Positions 10,661 to 21,279 of a stretch of 64,000 nucleotides of DNA are shown here, in pieces (the first letter of the stretch is position 1; each line of letters begins with the position of its first letter). The stretch lies in IMG/VR virus record IMGVR_UViG_3300021138_000002, positions 32,001 to 96,000 of that record; one strand, 5' to 3'. The notes below the pieces were generated by a model, which was given only the letters and a program-made list of their open reading frames with translations, made no database searches and was not told the DNA's origin. The position numbers and the translations under genes were made by a program. Origin of the DNA: a virus.

Positions 10661-13600
10661 TAAATTACCCCACTACCGGGTGCAGTTTGTAAATTTGTAC
10701 TGGTAAGTGCTGTGATAACTTCAACGTCGTTGACTGTGGCACCATTGACAAATATTTGATTGGGGGCTGATCTTATTTCATAAAGGTCACCAAAACTTTT
10801 CTGTGGATTCAGTGGAACCAGAACCACACTGCTTACTATGTCACCAATCTGTTGATGTATGTAGGCCGCCAATTCACTAAAATAAAAGGTATCGCCAAAG
10901 TTCCAATTGGCCAGGTCAAAGTACGTAGCCATGGTAGCCACGACAGAATTTTTGATTTCAGTCACGCTGGCTGTGCTCTGACTGTTTTGTATGACCTTGA
11001 TGGTGGCTCGCAAGGCCGGATCGGCTTTTTGTCCAAACAAGGGCTGGAAGTCCACGGAATTTATAATCAAATTGTCTGATATCATTTTGTAAGTGTCTAA
11101 GCCAGCGTAGGCTGTGCTTAATTCGTTTATGGTAGGTGGGCTGGGTTCGGTCACAGTGCCGGTCACATCTTGTAGCCAATTTTGATAGGCTGTGTAGTAT
11201 TCGTTGGTGACCACATAAGAATCAATGATGTTTGTGCTGCCCGGATCGATACGACTGGTTAGGGGACTGTTGTGTCTGTATTGGAAATAGAGATCTTGTC
11301 GACCAATTTTGGCCAGATAAGATGAGTTCACAGTGAGCACTCGATTACCAGTGCTGTCTAGAGTTATGGTATAAAACACCTGATTGGTTATAGCCTGGCT
11401 GGGGTATTGATTGTAAGCGTAGAATGTCTGTCCCACAGTGTACTGACTCAATACCAACTGTATTGAAGCTTGTGTGGGGTAATCTGAATTGACCACACCC
11501 TGATTGACCAGCAAATATCTCTGCAGATTGTCAAAGTCGGTGGTCTGTTGGAAGAACACCAGTTTGTGATTGCTGTTGACTGTGGGGGCCACTAGATCAT
11601 TGAAGAAATCTGGATTGATAGGCACGCTGCTTCCGGGCACACTTTCAAAACTGACTTCAACTTGGAAATCATCTACTAGGCCGTCGGTCAATACTGGCTG
11701 GGCGATAATGGTCATGACACTGTCTTCAGGCAAGGGGTAATTTGAATCAGGCTGACTGTTGATCTTGAGCACGTTTATGTAATCCCGTATCACAGTTCCG
11801 GTACGGCTGTCATAGATTGGATCACTGGTATAAAAGAAAAATCTTGTTTCGGCCACGCTGCCAAAAAAGTATTCGAGCGATCTAGATATCACGGTATAGT
11901 TGTTGCCGTTGGTGGTACACTGGATCAGCCAGCTGGCATCGCTGTTGGTTCCGGCTGTGCTTTGTGCGTTGGTCAGACTGAATTGGGCATTAGTATCCAA
12001 ATTGCTGGATGTGATCAGATACCAGGTTCCGGTAAGATTGTTGTAGCCCAGGCCAAAGTTTTGATTGAGATAGATTTGATTGACCACACTCTGTTTTAAA
12101 CTTGTGGGAATGTCGGTGACAAAAAGCGGAATCACTTGGTTGGGGATGGCACCGGTGGGAACATAAGTGTTCAACACCACTGGACCAACTCCTGTAGGCA
12201 AATTGCCCAGTCCTTGAGCGGTACCCGACAGATAAACTGCGGTCGGGCTGGCCCAGATAGACATTTTTTCACTGGGTTGGCTGGCTGTACCAGGTTGCAA
12301 ATTGTTTTCGGCATCAAAATAATAACCGGCAGGAGGAACAAATTCTACCAAGCTACCGACCACGATATATTTGGCATTGTTGCTGGCATAAGGACCAACC
12401 GGTACCGGTGTGCCTGAACTGTTTTGGAAATAACCTGTGGTTTCGTTGTTGAGCACAGTGCTCTGATGCCAAGTGTAGTTTAGGCTGTACAAGTCGGGTC
12501 TAGGAAAATTGGCATAGTAAAACTGTTGCATGCCGGCTGTGCTCAATAAAGGATTGACTTGATTGTACACAATGTCGCTGATGTCGTTGACTGTGAGCCA
12601 CGAAAACAAAAATGCCGGTGTTAAATTGCTTTCGTACAAGGCACCGTCGCTGGCAAAAATATTGGTGCTGGAATATTTGCCTGTGCCATCGACCAGGTCA
12701 AGATATCTGCTGGTTCCTATGCTGGCTCTATTGACCGCTGTGCTTTTTAATATGCTGTTGTATTGGGTGAACGGAAAAGTGGTATAGTCTTCGCCGTTGA
12801 CCATTCTGTTCTGTGTGTAATACTGTGCCGGTGCACGCTGTTTGATTTCTTGTATGGTTTCGCGTGCTTGTGCATTGGTCACTGGTTCAGTGATGCCACA
12901 AACAAAAGTCAAGGTTTCAATCTGTCCAGTGCGGCTCACATAACTGATCGGAATCTGTATGTTTTGCATTTCCTGTGGATTGATAATGTAGGTCAATCCG
13001 TTGCTGGCTCTCACATAGGTTCTAAACGTGCCCACTGGAATGGTACTGAATATACCATCGCCAAAGTTCAGGGTTATCTGATCATTGGTTCTGCTGGCGA
13101 TACTGTAGATGTTTTGAGTGCCCGGTGTCAACTGTTGTGTGGCAGCAGCATAAACACTGGGTACTGGAACCCAAAAATACTGTATGTTGCCCACATTGTC
13201 CAACTGATACAACCATACATCGGTATTATTGACACCGTCGATGTTGATGTTGACTGCACGATTGCTTATTCTTTCGGCCAAGTTGAAATCTTGATTTTGC
13301 AGTGTGCCCTGTTTGAAGTAGAAAAAATATCCGGTATTGGCACTGGCAAAACCCAGTTTGTCGTTTCTAAACAAGATGTTGAATTGTCCGTTGGGCAATG
13401 GAGGTGGTTCATACACATATTCTTGCCCGGCTGATGTGGCGTTTACAGCTTCAAACGGCATGCTGACGCCATCAACTGTGGCTGTGTAAGGAATCACCGG
13501 CAAATATCCTGGAACTAGATTGATAGTATATTCTTGTGTAGTAATGCCTAGAATGTCTTGTGTGGCTCCCGGACGTCCAAAACGCTGTGTGTTTACTAAC

Positions 13601-14088
13601 GAAGCATTTATGATGGTGGTAAACTGTTCTTGCCAATCAAGATTGGTAGGATCTGCCCAGTTCACTGTGATATTTTGTAAATTGATACCGTTGTAGTCGG
13701 TGAGATTTTCTGTGGTGCTGACACTGAACACTTTGAGATAGCCCGATGCTTCGGTGTTGCGTAACGGTGTGTAGCTGACCAAGTTGGCCAATTTGATAAC
13801 ACTGTCTCTACGTTCAGCAGTGTCTAGATAATTTTCTCTGTTGTTTAGGTCGGTACGAAATGCTAGAGCCTGGCCCATAAATGCCATCACGTCCAGCAAG
13901 GCAATAAATTCGCTGCTTTCAATGTAGTCGTTGAAAGTTTCTGGATAGTATATTCGCAAATAGTCTACAAAACTTTTGCGTAGTGTTTCAAAATCATAGC
14001 TTTGAAAGTTGGCTTCTTGGTAGGTCTGATAGATCTGCTTCCAATCTTCAACGCCAAATATTGCAGTTTGTCTTGTGGTTGTGGCCAT
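10660..14088 (-). CDS. gp6: Baseplate wedge subunit (T4 gp6-like)
   Basis: 1142 aa. DFETLRKSFVDYLR..YPETFNDYIESSEFIALLDVMAF..ENYLDTAERRDSVIKLA and RET..EIKQRAPAQYYTQNRMV..EDY are gp6/baseplate-J-type motifs. It lies next to gp25. Confidence 0.85.
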   Translation of the reverse strand: MATTTRQTAIFGVEDWKQIYQTYQEANFQSYDFETLRKSFVDYLRIYYPETFNDYIESSEFIALLDVMAFMGQALAFRTDLNNRENYLDTAERRDSVIKLANLVSYTPLRNTEASGYLKVFSVSTTENLTDYNGINLQNITVNWADPTNLDWQEQFTTIINASLVNTQRFGRPGATQDILGITTQEYTINLVPGYLPVIPYTATVDGVSMPFEAVNATSAGQEYVYEPPPLPNGQFNILFRNDKLGFASANTGYFFYFKQGTLQNQDFNLAERISNRAVNINIDGVNNTDVWLYQLDNVGNIQYFWVPVPSVYAAATQQLTPGTQNIYSIASRTNDQITLNFGDGIFSTIPVGTFRTYVRASNGLTYIINPQEMQNIQIPISYVSRTGQIETLTFVCGITEPVTNAQARETIQEIKQRAPAQYYTQNRMVNGEDYTTFPFTQYNSILKSTAVNRASIGTSRYLDLVDGTGKYSSTNIFASDGALYESNLTPAFLFSWLTVNDISDIVYNQVNPLLSTAGMQQFYYANFPRPDLYSLNYTWHQSTVLNNETTGYFQNSSGTPVPVGPYASNNAKYIVVGSLVEFVPPAGYYFDAENNLQPGTASQPSEKMSIWASPTAVYLSGTAQGLGNLPTGVGPVVLNTYVPTGAIPNQVIPLFVTDIPTSLKQSVVNQIYLNQNFGLGYNNLTGTWYLITSSNLDTNAQFSLTNAQSTAGTNSDASWLIQCTTNGNNYTVISRSLEYFFGSVAETRFFFYTSDPIYDSRTGTVIRDYINVLKINSQPDSNYPLPEDSVMTIIAQPVLTDGLVDDFQVEVSFESVPGSSVPINPDFFNDLVAPTVNSNHKLVFFQQTTDFDNLQRYLLVNQGVVNSDYPTQASIQLVLSQYTVGQTFYAYNQYPSQAITNQVFYTITLDSTGNRVLTVNSSYLAKIGRQDLYFQYRHNSPLTSRIDPGSTNIIDSYVVTNEYYTAYQNWLQDVTGTVTEPSPPTINELSTAYAGLDTYKMISDNLIINSVDFQPLFGQKADPALRATIKVIQNSQSTASVTEIKNSVVATMATYFDLANWNFGDTFYFSELAAYIHQQIGDIVSSVVLVPLNPQKSFGDLYEIRSAPNQIFVNGATVNDVEVITALTSTNLQTAPGSGVI

Positions 14089-14134
14089 AATTGTTCCAGT
14101 GTTTTGTATTTATCGACGTTATTAACTGGTCAGT

Positions 14135-14509
14135 TTATACATAGCTGGCCACACGTTGAGATTGATTGAAAAAGATACTCAACTGTTGTGCCGTGGTAGT
14201 GCCTACCACTGTTATTTCTAGCTGTATTAAAAGTCCGTTCTGTTGCGGAAATACTTCAATTGAGCTGATGTAGATTCTAGGATCCCCGCCAGCTACCCGT
14301 TGCACTTCGTTGTACACAGCCTGTATGGTATCCTGTGTTTGGTTTTCAAATATGTTGTTCCACAAGGTAGTTCCGTACCAGGGCAGGCCCACCAGTTCAC
14401 CTTGTCTGATATTGAATGCATTGAGTAAATCACGTTTGATCAACTCAAAATCAGTCAAGGTAAAATATTTGTTTTGATTGATTGTGTTGAATCCAATAAA
14501 TGTTGTCAT
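14135..14509 (-). CDS. gp25: Baseplate wedge subunit, gp25/IraD-like
   Basis: 124 aa. LIKRDLLNAFNIRQGE...P.YGT.LW...FE...DPRI is the gp25 family signature. Confidence 0.85.
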   Translation of the reverse strand: MTTFIGFNTINQNKYFTLTDFELIKRDLLNAFNIRQGELVGLPWYGTTLWNNIFENQTQDTIQAVYNEVQRVAGGDPRIYISSIEVFPQQNGLLIQLEITVVGTTTAQQLSIFFNQSQRVASYV

Positions 14510-14527
14510 GGTGTATTTACTCTCAAA

Positions 14528-16486
14528 TCAAATCAGACCAGACAATGCGTTTGAGATAATGCCACCGGGATTATTTTTTAAATTAGACACAGTGTTGGTC
14601 ACATTTTGTACTTGGCTTAATAATGCTCCACCTTGGCTTTTTAAATTTTGCAATATGTTTGCCGCTGCTGTTATATCTGCACTGGCGTTTAGACTTATGC
14701 TGTTTATGGAAGGAAAATCAAAAATAGGAGTGGGTACTTTGCTACTGCCTATTATTTTGGTCATGGCCACGTCCAGGGTGGCACGATTCACAGTGTTGCT
14801 GTAACCGGCTGCTACCTTTGTGCCCGACACTAGATCGTCACCGCCACCACCAAATATTCCACCAATGGCCCCTAGACCGCCGAGGTCTCCCAGGCTGGCC
14901 AAACTGCTGAAATCACCAAAACTGCTTAACAAACTGCCAACATCGGCTCCACCCAATAGGTCACTGGCCAGGCTGGTCACATCACCGCTTAACAACCCAT
15001 CAACTATGTTGCTGGCCTGACCGCCAAGATCACTGATCAAATTGGTCACGTCACCGCTTAACAATCCATTTACCACGCTACCGGCTTGACCACCTAACAA
15101 ATTGCTGGCGACGCCACTGGCACTGCCCAACAGATTGGTCACAGCACCGCTGCCTAAATTGGTCAAGCTGGCAAGATCAAAGTTTCCTAGATTGGATAAC
15201 GCCGCACCAGGGTCACTGAAAAGGCTGGCAAATTGTCCGGCTTTGCCGGTAATGTCAAGATTGCTGGTCAGACTGGTTATACTTTGACCTATGTCACCGG
15301 GAAGAGCGTTCAATAGATTACTGCCAAGATTGAAAGTTCCGGCGGCTGGACTGATGATACCGCCTAGAAGATTTTGTGCATAGTCGGTCGCTTGAGTGGC
15401 TAATCCTCCTGTGAGAGCAGAAAGTCCGCCCGAACTCAACTGACTCCAAGCGGCTGTGGCTTCTGTGCCAAATCTACCGGCATTGGTCACTAAGGCTCCT
15501 ACATCGCCCAGTGCTGTGTTGGCCAACTTGCTGGCGATGCCGCTGACATTGTTTAGATTCAAAGCGCCATTTGTAATTGTGTCAATCGCACCCGATGCAA
15601 TGGTAGAAACATTGGTCAACGGAGAAGACAACAGCGAAGCCAGGGGCGTGCTGGCCAGTGCACCTGACACAGATGCAGGAACTGATAAACTGATTCCAGT
15701 TGCTGCTCCCAGACTCGAGACTGTCTGCAATCCGCTTTGCGTAAAAACCTGCCCTACACTGGCAGTAATGGCCTGTGCGGTGGAGGGATTGATAACACCA
15801 GCCGATACCAGCCCGTCGTAACCGTTTTGCAACAGAGTGGTCTGTGCATTGGTTTGCAAGCCGGTATTGGACAAAAAATCTGCGGCCGAGTTTACACCTT
15901 TTAGACCGGTCCATATGCCCGGCGAACTCAACACCGTGGTCAGAGGTGCTGGATCAAAAATAAATCGTTGCCAGGTTCCAGGCTTGACATAACCAGCTTG
16001 CTCCAGTTGCACACAACTCAATCCATACTGCCCAACACCTTTGTCATCGCTCATGACTGTGGCCGGTTGATCGACTAGATTGGCTATCTGTGCCAGAATT
16101 CCTTGTACTTGTGAGCTGTTCAATGGACCAATAGGATTGGGTGCCAGTTCGCCCGAGTTCACATTGACCAAATCAGCCTGTCCAACTGGGCGTGTCAGCG
16201 GAGTGTTGATCAAGGCCGGAACTCCGGTTGATGTGGGTATGTTGTTGATGATACTCAGTATGGCCCGTGTGTCTACTCCAGCAGTGCCTCGGTCCAGGCG
16301 ACTGAGAGCAAATTTAGTCACAGCAGTTTTTGTACTGGTCAGGGTCTGTCCAGGGCTGTATCCTACCAAGGCACCGGCGGCCACTTGACCATAGAATATA
16401 AGGTCGGCCTGCAGTTGTGTGGTCCCAGTAGGAGCTGTCAGCCTAAACGTTGATCCGGACGGAAGGGTATATGTAAACACGCTCAT
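14528..16486 (-). CDS. Baseplate/spike-associated protein with a possible lysozyme-like segment and a long Gly/Ser/Ala/Leu-rich region
   Basis: 652 aa, overlapping the gp5-like stop. Contains GVGQYGLSCVQLEQAGYVKPGT..WTGLKGV followed by low-complexity repeats. Confidence 0.55.
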   Translation of the reverse strand: MSVFTYTLPSGSTFRLTAPTGTTQLQADLIFYGQVAAGALVGYSPGQTLTSTKTAVTKFALSRLDRGTAGVDTRAILSIINNIPTSTGVPALINTPLTRPVGQADLVNVNSGELAPNPIGPLNSSQVQGILAQIANLVDQPATVMSDDKGVGQYGLSCVQLEQAGYVKPGTWQRFIFDPAPLTTVLSSPGIWTGLKGVNSAADFLSNTGLQTNAQTTLLQNGYDGLVSAGVINPSTAQAITASVGQVFTQSGLQTVSSLGAATGISLSVPASVSGALASTPLASLLSSPLTNVSTIASGAIDTITNGALNLNNVSGIASKLANTALGDVGALVTNAGRFGTEATAAWSQLSSGGLSALTGGLATQATDYAQNLLGGIISPAAGTFNLGSNLLNALPGDIGQSITSLTSNLDITGKAGQFASLFSDPGAALSNLGNFDLASLTNLGSGAVTNLLGSASGVASNLLGGQAGSVVNGLLSGDVTNLISDLGGQASNIVDGLLSGDVTSLASDLLGGADVGSLLSSFGDFSSLASLGDLGGLGAIGGIFGGGGDDLVSGTKVAAGYSNTVNRATLDVAMTKIIGSSKVPTPIFDFPSINSISLNASADITAAANILQNLKSQGGALLSQVQNVTNTVSNLKNNPGGIISNALSGLI

Positions 16487-17997
16487 GATATTTTTGTGAT
16501 ACTTACTCCATCAGGTAATTCGGGTGCGTCCGGCGGCGGACTGGGTTGTCCGGGCTGTACGATAGTGGTTGGATTGTCTACACCTTGATTGTGATAAGGA
16601 TAGGGTTCGTGTGTGGGGGCACGAGTAACAATACTTTCAGTCCCGGTTGGACTCACTTGCCAACCGGTGCTGGGGTTGAATTCAGTATTGGGCTGTAGGT
16701 ACTTGGTTATGCCTTTGGGGGTGCTTGCTGGTAATCCAGGTCCACTGTTGAGCAACAGCAGGGTACCGCTGAGTGATAATGCACCGCCTGCACTCCAACT
16801 GCCCAGAGTACTCTTGATTGCCAAGGTACCTCCACTTTTGACTGACATGCTGCCTTTGCCGTACAAGCTGAGTTTGCCTTTGCTGGCCAGATCAGCGTCA
16901 CCGTCACTTTGAACACTGGTGCTGGTCTTGCTTTTGAGATTCATGCTACCACCAGCATAGATATTGACATCGTTGTCGGCGTGTAGATTTATGGTGCCCT
17001 CGGTCCGCATGTTTATGCTGTTGGTACTGTAAACGTCCAGGGTGCCTTCCTGGCCCAGTTCGACCCAGGTTTGGCCATTGGCATGACAGATGTAAAAACA
17101 GTTGCCGTCATCGCTCATGGTTATCTGATGACCTTTGCTGGTACGTATGCGTATGAGATTGTCAGATCCATCTAGAGCACCGTCGTCCATGACCAGGCTG
17201 TGCCCACCACGTCGACCAACTACCGAAATTCCTTGCAGTGTTTGTGCGTCCAAGGTTTTGGCGTCAGCTGTGTCGCCCAGTCCGCTTTGATAGATAGCAC
17301 GACCCGGCGTGCTGATTCCGTAACAGTTGCTGGGACTTTCTCTTTGGGCACTGCTGGCTATTGGGCCGCGTACTGTGTCGTTGTTGAGACCTTGTTGGAA
17401 CAAGATTCCGGCCACATAACTGTGTACCGGTTTGGGTTCGTTGTAAAAAGTAGGGCTTTCGCTGGTCTTGAGATTCTTAGGACTGTTGTTTATTTCAGTG
17501 ACTGGCAATCTAGTTGAATTGCCCAGATAACTGGCCTGGCTGGCATTTTGTGTGGCTGCCTCACTGCGGGGCACCGATCCGATGGCCGGTATCATGCGTG
17601 TGATGCCATTGGTAGGTATGCAACCTATATAGTAACCGTTTCCTGGATCGTCGTTGACAAAAATGCAGATCACCTGCGTGCCAATGTCGGGCGTGGTGAA
17701 CCACATGCCGTAGCTTTGTTGATTGCCATCTAAAAATGTTCCGGTTCCGGCACTGCCGCCCTTGGGCGTGGCACCGTAGAAAGGTGTCACATAACTGACC
17801 CATTTCCAGGCCGTATCATCATTTTCGTTGTAGGCACCAAATGCTTCGATATAGACCTGCACACGACCCATCCTGGTCGGATCAAGATTGTTTTTCACTA
17901 TACCGATGTACGGTCCGCCTGTGCCCGGAGTTCCGCCGCGATTTTGATCGAACGTTTTTGGAGTTCCGGTACTGCGTTGATAATTTTGTATTCCCAT
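16483..17997 (-). CDS. gp5: Baseplate central spike (gp5/VgrG-like: OB-fold plus beta-helix)
   Basis: GPYIGIVKNNLDPTRMGRVQVYI...GMWFTTPDIGTQVICIF (Vgr OB-fold), GHSLVMDD..IRIRTSKGHQITMSD, beta-helix repeats, and a C-terminal PTHEPYPYH. Confidence 0.8.
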   Translation of the reverse strand: MGIQNYQRSTGTPKTFDQNRGGTPGTGGPYIGIVKNNLDPTRMGRVQVYIEAFGAYNENDDTAWKWVSYVTPFYGATPKGGSAGTGTFLDGNQQSYGMWFTTPDIGTQVICIFVNDDPGNGYYIGCIPTNGITRMIPAIGSVPRSEAATQNASQASYLGNSTRLPVTEINNSPKNLKTSESPTFYNEPKPVHSYVAGILFQQGLNNDTVRGPIASSAQRESPSNCYGISTPGRAIYQSGLGDTADAKTLDAQTLQGISVVGRRGGHSLVMDDGALDGSDNLIRIRTSKGHQITMSDDGNCFYICHANGQTWVELGQEGTLDVYSTNSINMRTEGTINLHADNDVNIYAGGSMNLKSKTSTSVQSDGDADLASKGKLSLYGKGSMSVKSGGTLAIKSTLGSWSAGGALSLSGTLLLLNSGPGLPASTPKGITKYLQPNTEFNPSTGWQVSPTGTESIVTRAPTHEPYPYHNQGVDNPTTIVQPGQPSPPPDAPELPDGVSITKIS

Positions 17998-18012
17998 GTG
18001 TTGTTCTTTCTA

Positions 18013-19623
18013 TTATGCGTCGCCGTAGCCGTTGGGGTTAAATGGATTGATTTTGGTTGTTGGTCCACTATATGCGCCAGTAGCTGTGGTTTTAACTCCG
18101 CGTATCCTGTTTCCTGCTATGTTGTTGCCGGCTCGATATTCGGCTTCAGCACGTTGCAAAATTGCGTTGCTGTTCTGCGACGGAGCAGCCGGCGGTGGAG
18201 CGGTTTTTGCAGGCAAGGTTGTGGATTTTGGAGGCGCAGCAGGTCTAGCAACTTGTTGTTTTGACACTGCTTGATTGGGTTTGCTTTCGACCAACAACTT
18301 CCCTTCGATTTCTTGTTCAAATTTTCCTCTACTGAAAAAACTACGACATTCAGTGGCTATGTATGTATTGTTGATGCGAGGTCGGCCTTGAGTATCATTC
18401 ACGTTCATGACTCCGGTATCAAAGTCGTAATCTTGTGGCTGGTTCCAGTTGATATCAAAATTGATCATTTGACTGTCAAAGTTGATACTGCCGTCAGCAT
18501 TGAACGGACTGAACGTGAAGGTCTGGGCACTTACTCCGGTAACTATCGTGCCCTGTTGCATCCAGGCTGGGTCGCCCACTATACGAATCTTGACCATGCC
18601 AAGGTCAGTGGGGCTGTATAAAAAATCTGCAGCACTGTCAGCAGCCTGATTGGTATAGGTTCCGGTCTGCTGTCCAGTTTTTTGTGTGGTGGTTGGCATG
18701 GGCGTTTTGGTATACTGGTCTCGATATTGTGTGGTAATTGCTGCCTGTTGTATTGCTGCGCCTTCGCCACTCAGTAACAGCCTATATGCTGCATCGTATT
18801 TTTGTTCAAAGCTGAGAATCTGCGTGTTTTGTCCGGTGAACCAGTAGTTGTAACTTTTGTGACTGCCACGATACCGACTGTCCGGAAAGTATTCGCTGGC
18901 CATCTTGGTTATGGCATAAGGTGTTATGAGAAATTTCATACGATAAGCAAAATCTTTGCGTTTGTTATCGTAGCCCAGGCTAGTAGCCTGTACCGTGACG
19001 TTGTACCAGGTAACAATACCAGTTCCGTTTCCGTTACTAGCCTCGGTCTGTTGTGTGACTGCATCTGTTTTCGTGTTGGCTTGGCTTCGAACATACTCAC
19101 TGCCACGCATGATCTGATCAATCAATTGTATTATCTGCGTTCCTGCTTGTATGTCCCAGTTTTGACTGTTGTTGTTTACTGGTACTGTGTTGGAATCCAG
19201 GGCCTGTCGTGCTGTGGCAGCATTTTTTCCAGCAGTTTTTGACCGGTCGGTGCTGCCGGGATTTTTGACCTTGCTGGCACCCAGCTCGGGTGGGTGAAAT
19301 TCAAATTCATAAATGTCGGCTATATAGCCTTCGGCCTTGTATTTGTTGGCTAGGTCATTTTGATAGGAGTTGAGTGCTTCGGCCAACCCGGTAAACATGT
19401 ATCCGTTGTTGCCGGTGGGTGCTGCTGTGGCCTTAGGCGGCGATTGTGCAGGGCTGGAACTGGCGGTGCTAGGAACTTGCTGAGATCTTCTGCTGTTTTG
19501 ATCTGGGTATTGATTGATATTTGGACCATCAAAAATACTTCCTTTGACTCTGTTTTGAGCATAAGGATTGTAACCATTGGGGTATTGACCAGAATTTTGT
19601 GTTTTGTTAGTCAGGTCGGCCAT
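18013..19623 (-). CDS. Baseplate hub-like protein (C-terminal part; gp27/gpD-like)
   Basis: 536 aa. KSYNYWFTGQNTQILSF, IRIVGDPAWM and FSRGKFEQEIEG motifs. It sits immediately upstream of the spike gene. Confidence 0.55.
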   Translation of the reverse strand: MADLTNKTQNSGQYPNGYNPYAQNRVKGSIFDGPNINQYPDQNSRRSQQVPSTASSSPAQSPPKATAAPTGNNGYMFTGLAEALNSYQNDLANKYKAEGYIADIYEFEFHPPELGASKVKNPGSTDRSKTAGKNAATARQALDSNTVPVNNNSQNWDIQAGTQIIQLIDQIMRGSEYVRSQANTKTDAVTQQTEASNGNGTGIVTWYNVTVQATSLGYDNKRKDFAYRMKFLITPYAITKMASEYFPDSRYRGSHKSYNYWFTGQNTQILSFEQKYDAAYRLLLSGEGAAIQQAAITTQYRDQYTKTPMPTTTQKTGQQTGTYTNQAADSAADFLYSPTDLGMVKIRIVGDPAWMQQGTIVTGVSAQTFTFSPFNADGSINFDSQMINFDINWNQPQDYDFDTGVMNVNDTQGRPRINNTYIATECRSFFSRGKFEQEIEGKLLVESKPNQAVSKQQVARPAAPPKSTTLPAKTAPPPAAPSQNSNAILQRAEAEYRAGNNIAGNRIRGVKTTATGAYSGPTTKINPFNPNGYGDA

Positions 19624-19625
19624 GA

Positions 19626-21278
19626 TTATGCTCCAAATCCACTGACAGGCGAGAAATCCGCGGTGCCGTTACTGAGCAGACTGTTCTGTCCGGTAAATGT
19701 CACGTTGTTATTGGTTGCTTCGGTAAGCGTGAACCCATCCTCAAATGGTGCTGGTGGAACATTGTTTCCAGGAGGTGTAGCACTAGGAACTCGACCATCT
19801 TGTTGAGGTTGTAGCCTCGATTGTGCAGTTTTGCCAATCAGCAAATCTTTCGCCGTGGTTCCTGACAATTGAAAATTGAACGGAATGGTACCACGTGCTT
19901 GACCAAAACCGGTGGCATTGTTGAGAGCCACGCCTTCGACATGATACTCGATTCCTCTACTGTTGGCCCCGGGTGCCATGGCAAATGTTATGTTGCTCAG
20001 CAGGAACGGGTAAATTTTTAATACGACAGCATTGACATCGTTGGGTGGTCCTGGCAAATTAGGCGTGTTGTTGATGGTGTATCGACCCTTGAGCGGAGCC
20101 TGTAAGTTTCCGTTCGCGTCGTAGCCGTAAAACTTGATGGTCAAACAATAGTGAGCTTGCAAATAGTTGGGTGTGAGCCCGGGCACGCGACTGCTGGTAG
20201 TGGGCAACAAATTGTTTGCTGCCAGGGTACTGGCTGCTTGCTCGGCTAGGCTGCTCGATGTGTCGAGCTCGGGCGAATTGGCACCTATACTGTAAACGCT
20301 GTTTACTGCTGCATACAGGTTGTTTATCAATGTCAGGCCGTTGGGCTCAACCACTTTGAATTTGACAGAAACATCACCGCGTGTGGCCTGTGTTCCGCCC
20401 AGCGGAATCAAACTGTGTATTTCTAAATCATCTAGATAGTAATCGACTGGAAAAAATTGACTGCGTGTAGGGAAAGCAGTGTTGCTGGCTGTGTTGATAT
20501 TGTTTTGTAAGGCACTGTTTAACGGAATTCCGCCACTTTGCATCAGCAAACTCCAGGCGCCCACATTGCGTTGTGACGAATTGACCAAGGCATTGTATTG
20601 ATCTTGATTCAGCAGATACCAGCTGATTTGATAGGTATAGCTGGCATAATCGTCCAGGACATTTGGTTGTGTGTAAATCCGTTGATTGGTACTGGTCTGA
20701 AATGTGGCCTTGATTATGTCTTTGGCAGTGTTGCCGGTTACAGTAACAGCATCGTCGCTTCTAGCACCTGCCCCGGCCTGACTGGGCGCCGATACTTCCG
20801 GGTTACCTGATGCCAGGGCATTGATGTCGCTGGGCGGCGTGGCTTGACTTTGTGCCAGGGTTATTGTTTTGGCATTGAGTCCTCTATCGGCGGGTATTAC
20901 GCCAGCTGATTGCAATCGGGTGTTGGTGGCTAATAAATCTTGTGCCTGTGCATTTGACAACGGCAGACTCAGCAGAGAAGTATCTATCACAGCCGAGGTT
21001 GGCGGGTTTTGCGCCACTGCACCTTCGGTTCGGGCCAGTTGATTTTCAACAGCAACAGATCCGGCACTGTCTTGAGATCGGACGGCTTCTACCACGCCAA
21101 GTTGTCCGCCCTGGGCTAGATATTGAGCATAGGCCTGTGCATCTAACGTTCCGGGGCTAGCACTAGAATAGGTGTCGTTGCCCAGTTGAACAGACAACGA
21201 GATAGCTGCCATTTGTGCCAGCGACAAAGACTGCCCCGGTACATAAAGTTCACCGCCAATCAAAAGTTGTGTGGCCAT
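19626..21278 (-). CDS. Baseplate hub-like protein (N-terminal part)
   Basis: 550 aa. NVLDDYASYTYQISWYL, FKVVEPNGLTLINNL and YCLTIKFYGYD motifs. It lies between the gp53-like and spike genes. Confidence 0.5.
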   Translation of the reverse strand: MATQLLIGGELYVPGQSLSLAQMAAISLSVQLGNDTYSSASPGTLDAQAYAQYLAQGGQLGVVEAVRSQDSAGSVAVENQLARTEGAVAQNPPTSAVIDTSLLSLPLSNAQAQDLLATNTRLQSAGVIPADRGLNAKTITLAQSQATPPSDINALASGNPEVSAPSQAGAGARSDDAVTVTGNTAKDIIKATFQTSTNQRIYTQPNVLDDYASYTYQISWYLLNQDQYNALVNSSQRNVGAWSLLMQSGGIPLNSALQNNINTASNTAFPTRSQFFPVDYYLDDLEIHSLIPLGGTQATRGDVSVKFKVVEPNGLTLINNLYAAVNSVYSIGANSPELDTSSSLAEQAASTLAANNLLPTTSSRVPGLTPNYLQAHYCLTIKFYGYDANGNLQAPLKGRYTINNTPNLPGPPNDVNAVVLKIYPFLLSNITFAMAPGANSRGIEYHVEGVALNNATGFGQARGTIPFNFQLSGTTAKDLLIGKTAQSRLQPQQDGRVPSATPPGNNVPPAPFEDGFTLTEATNNNVTFTGQNSLLSNGTADFSPVSGFGA

Positions 21279-21279
21279 G

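Noticed and set aside
413-10663. Many short ORFs (mostly plus strand) in the track
   Set aside because: They are shadows of the giant minus-strand ORF and have no motifs or RBS.
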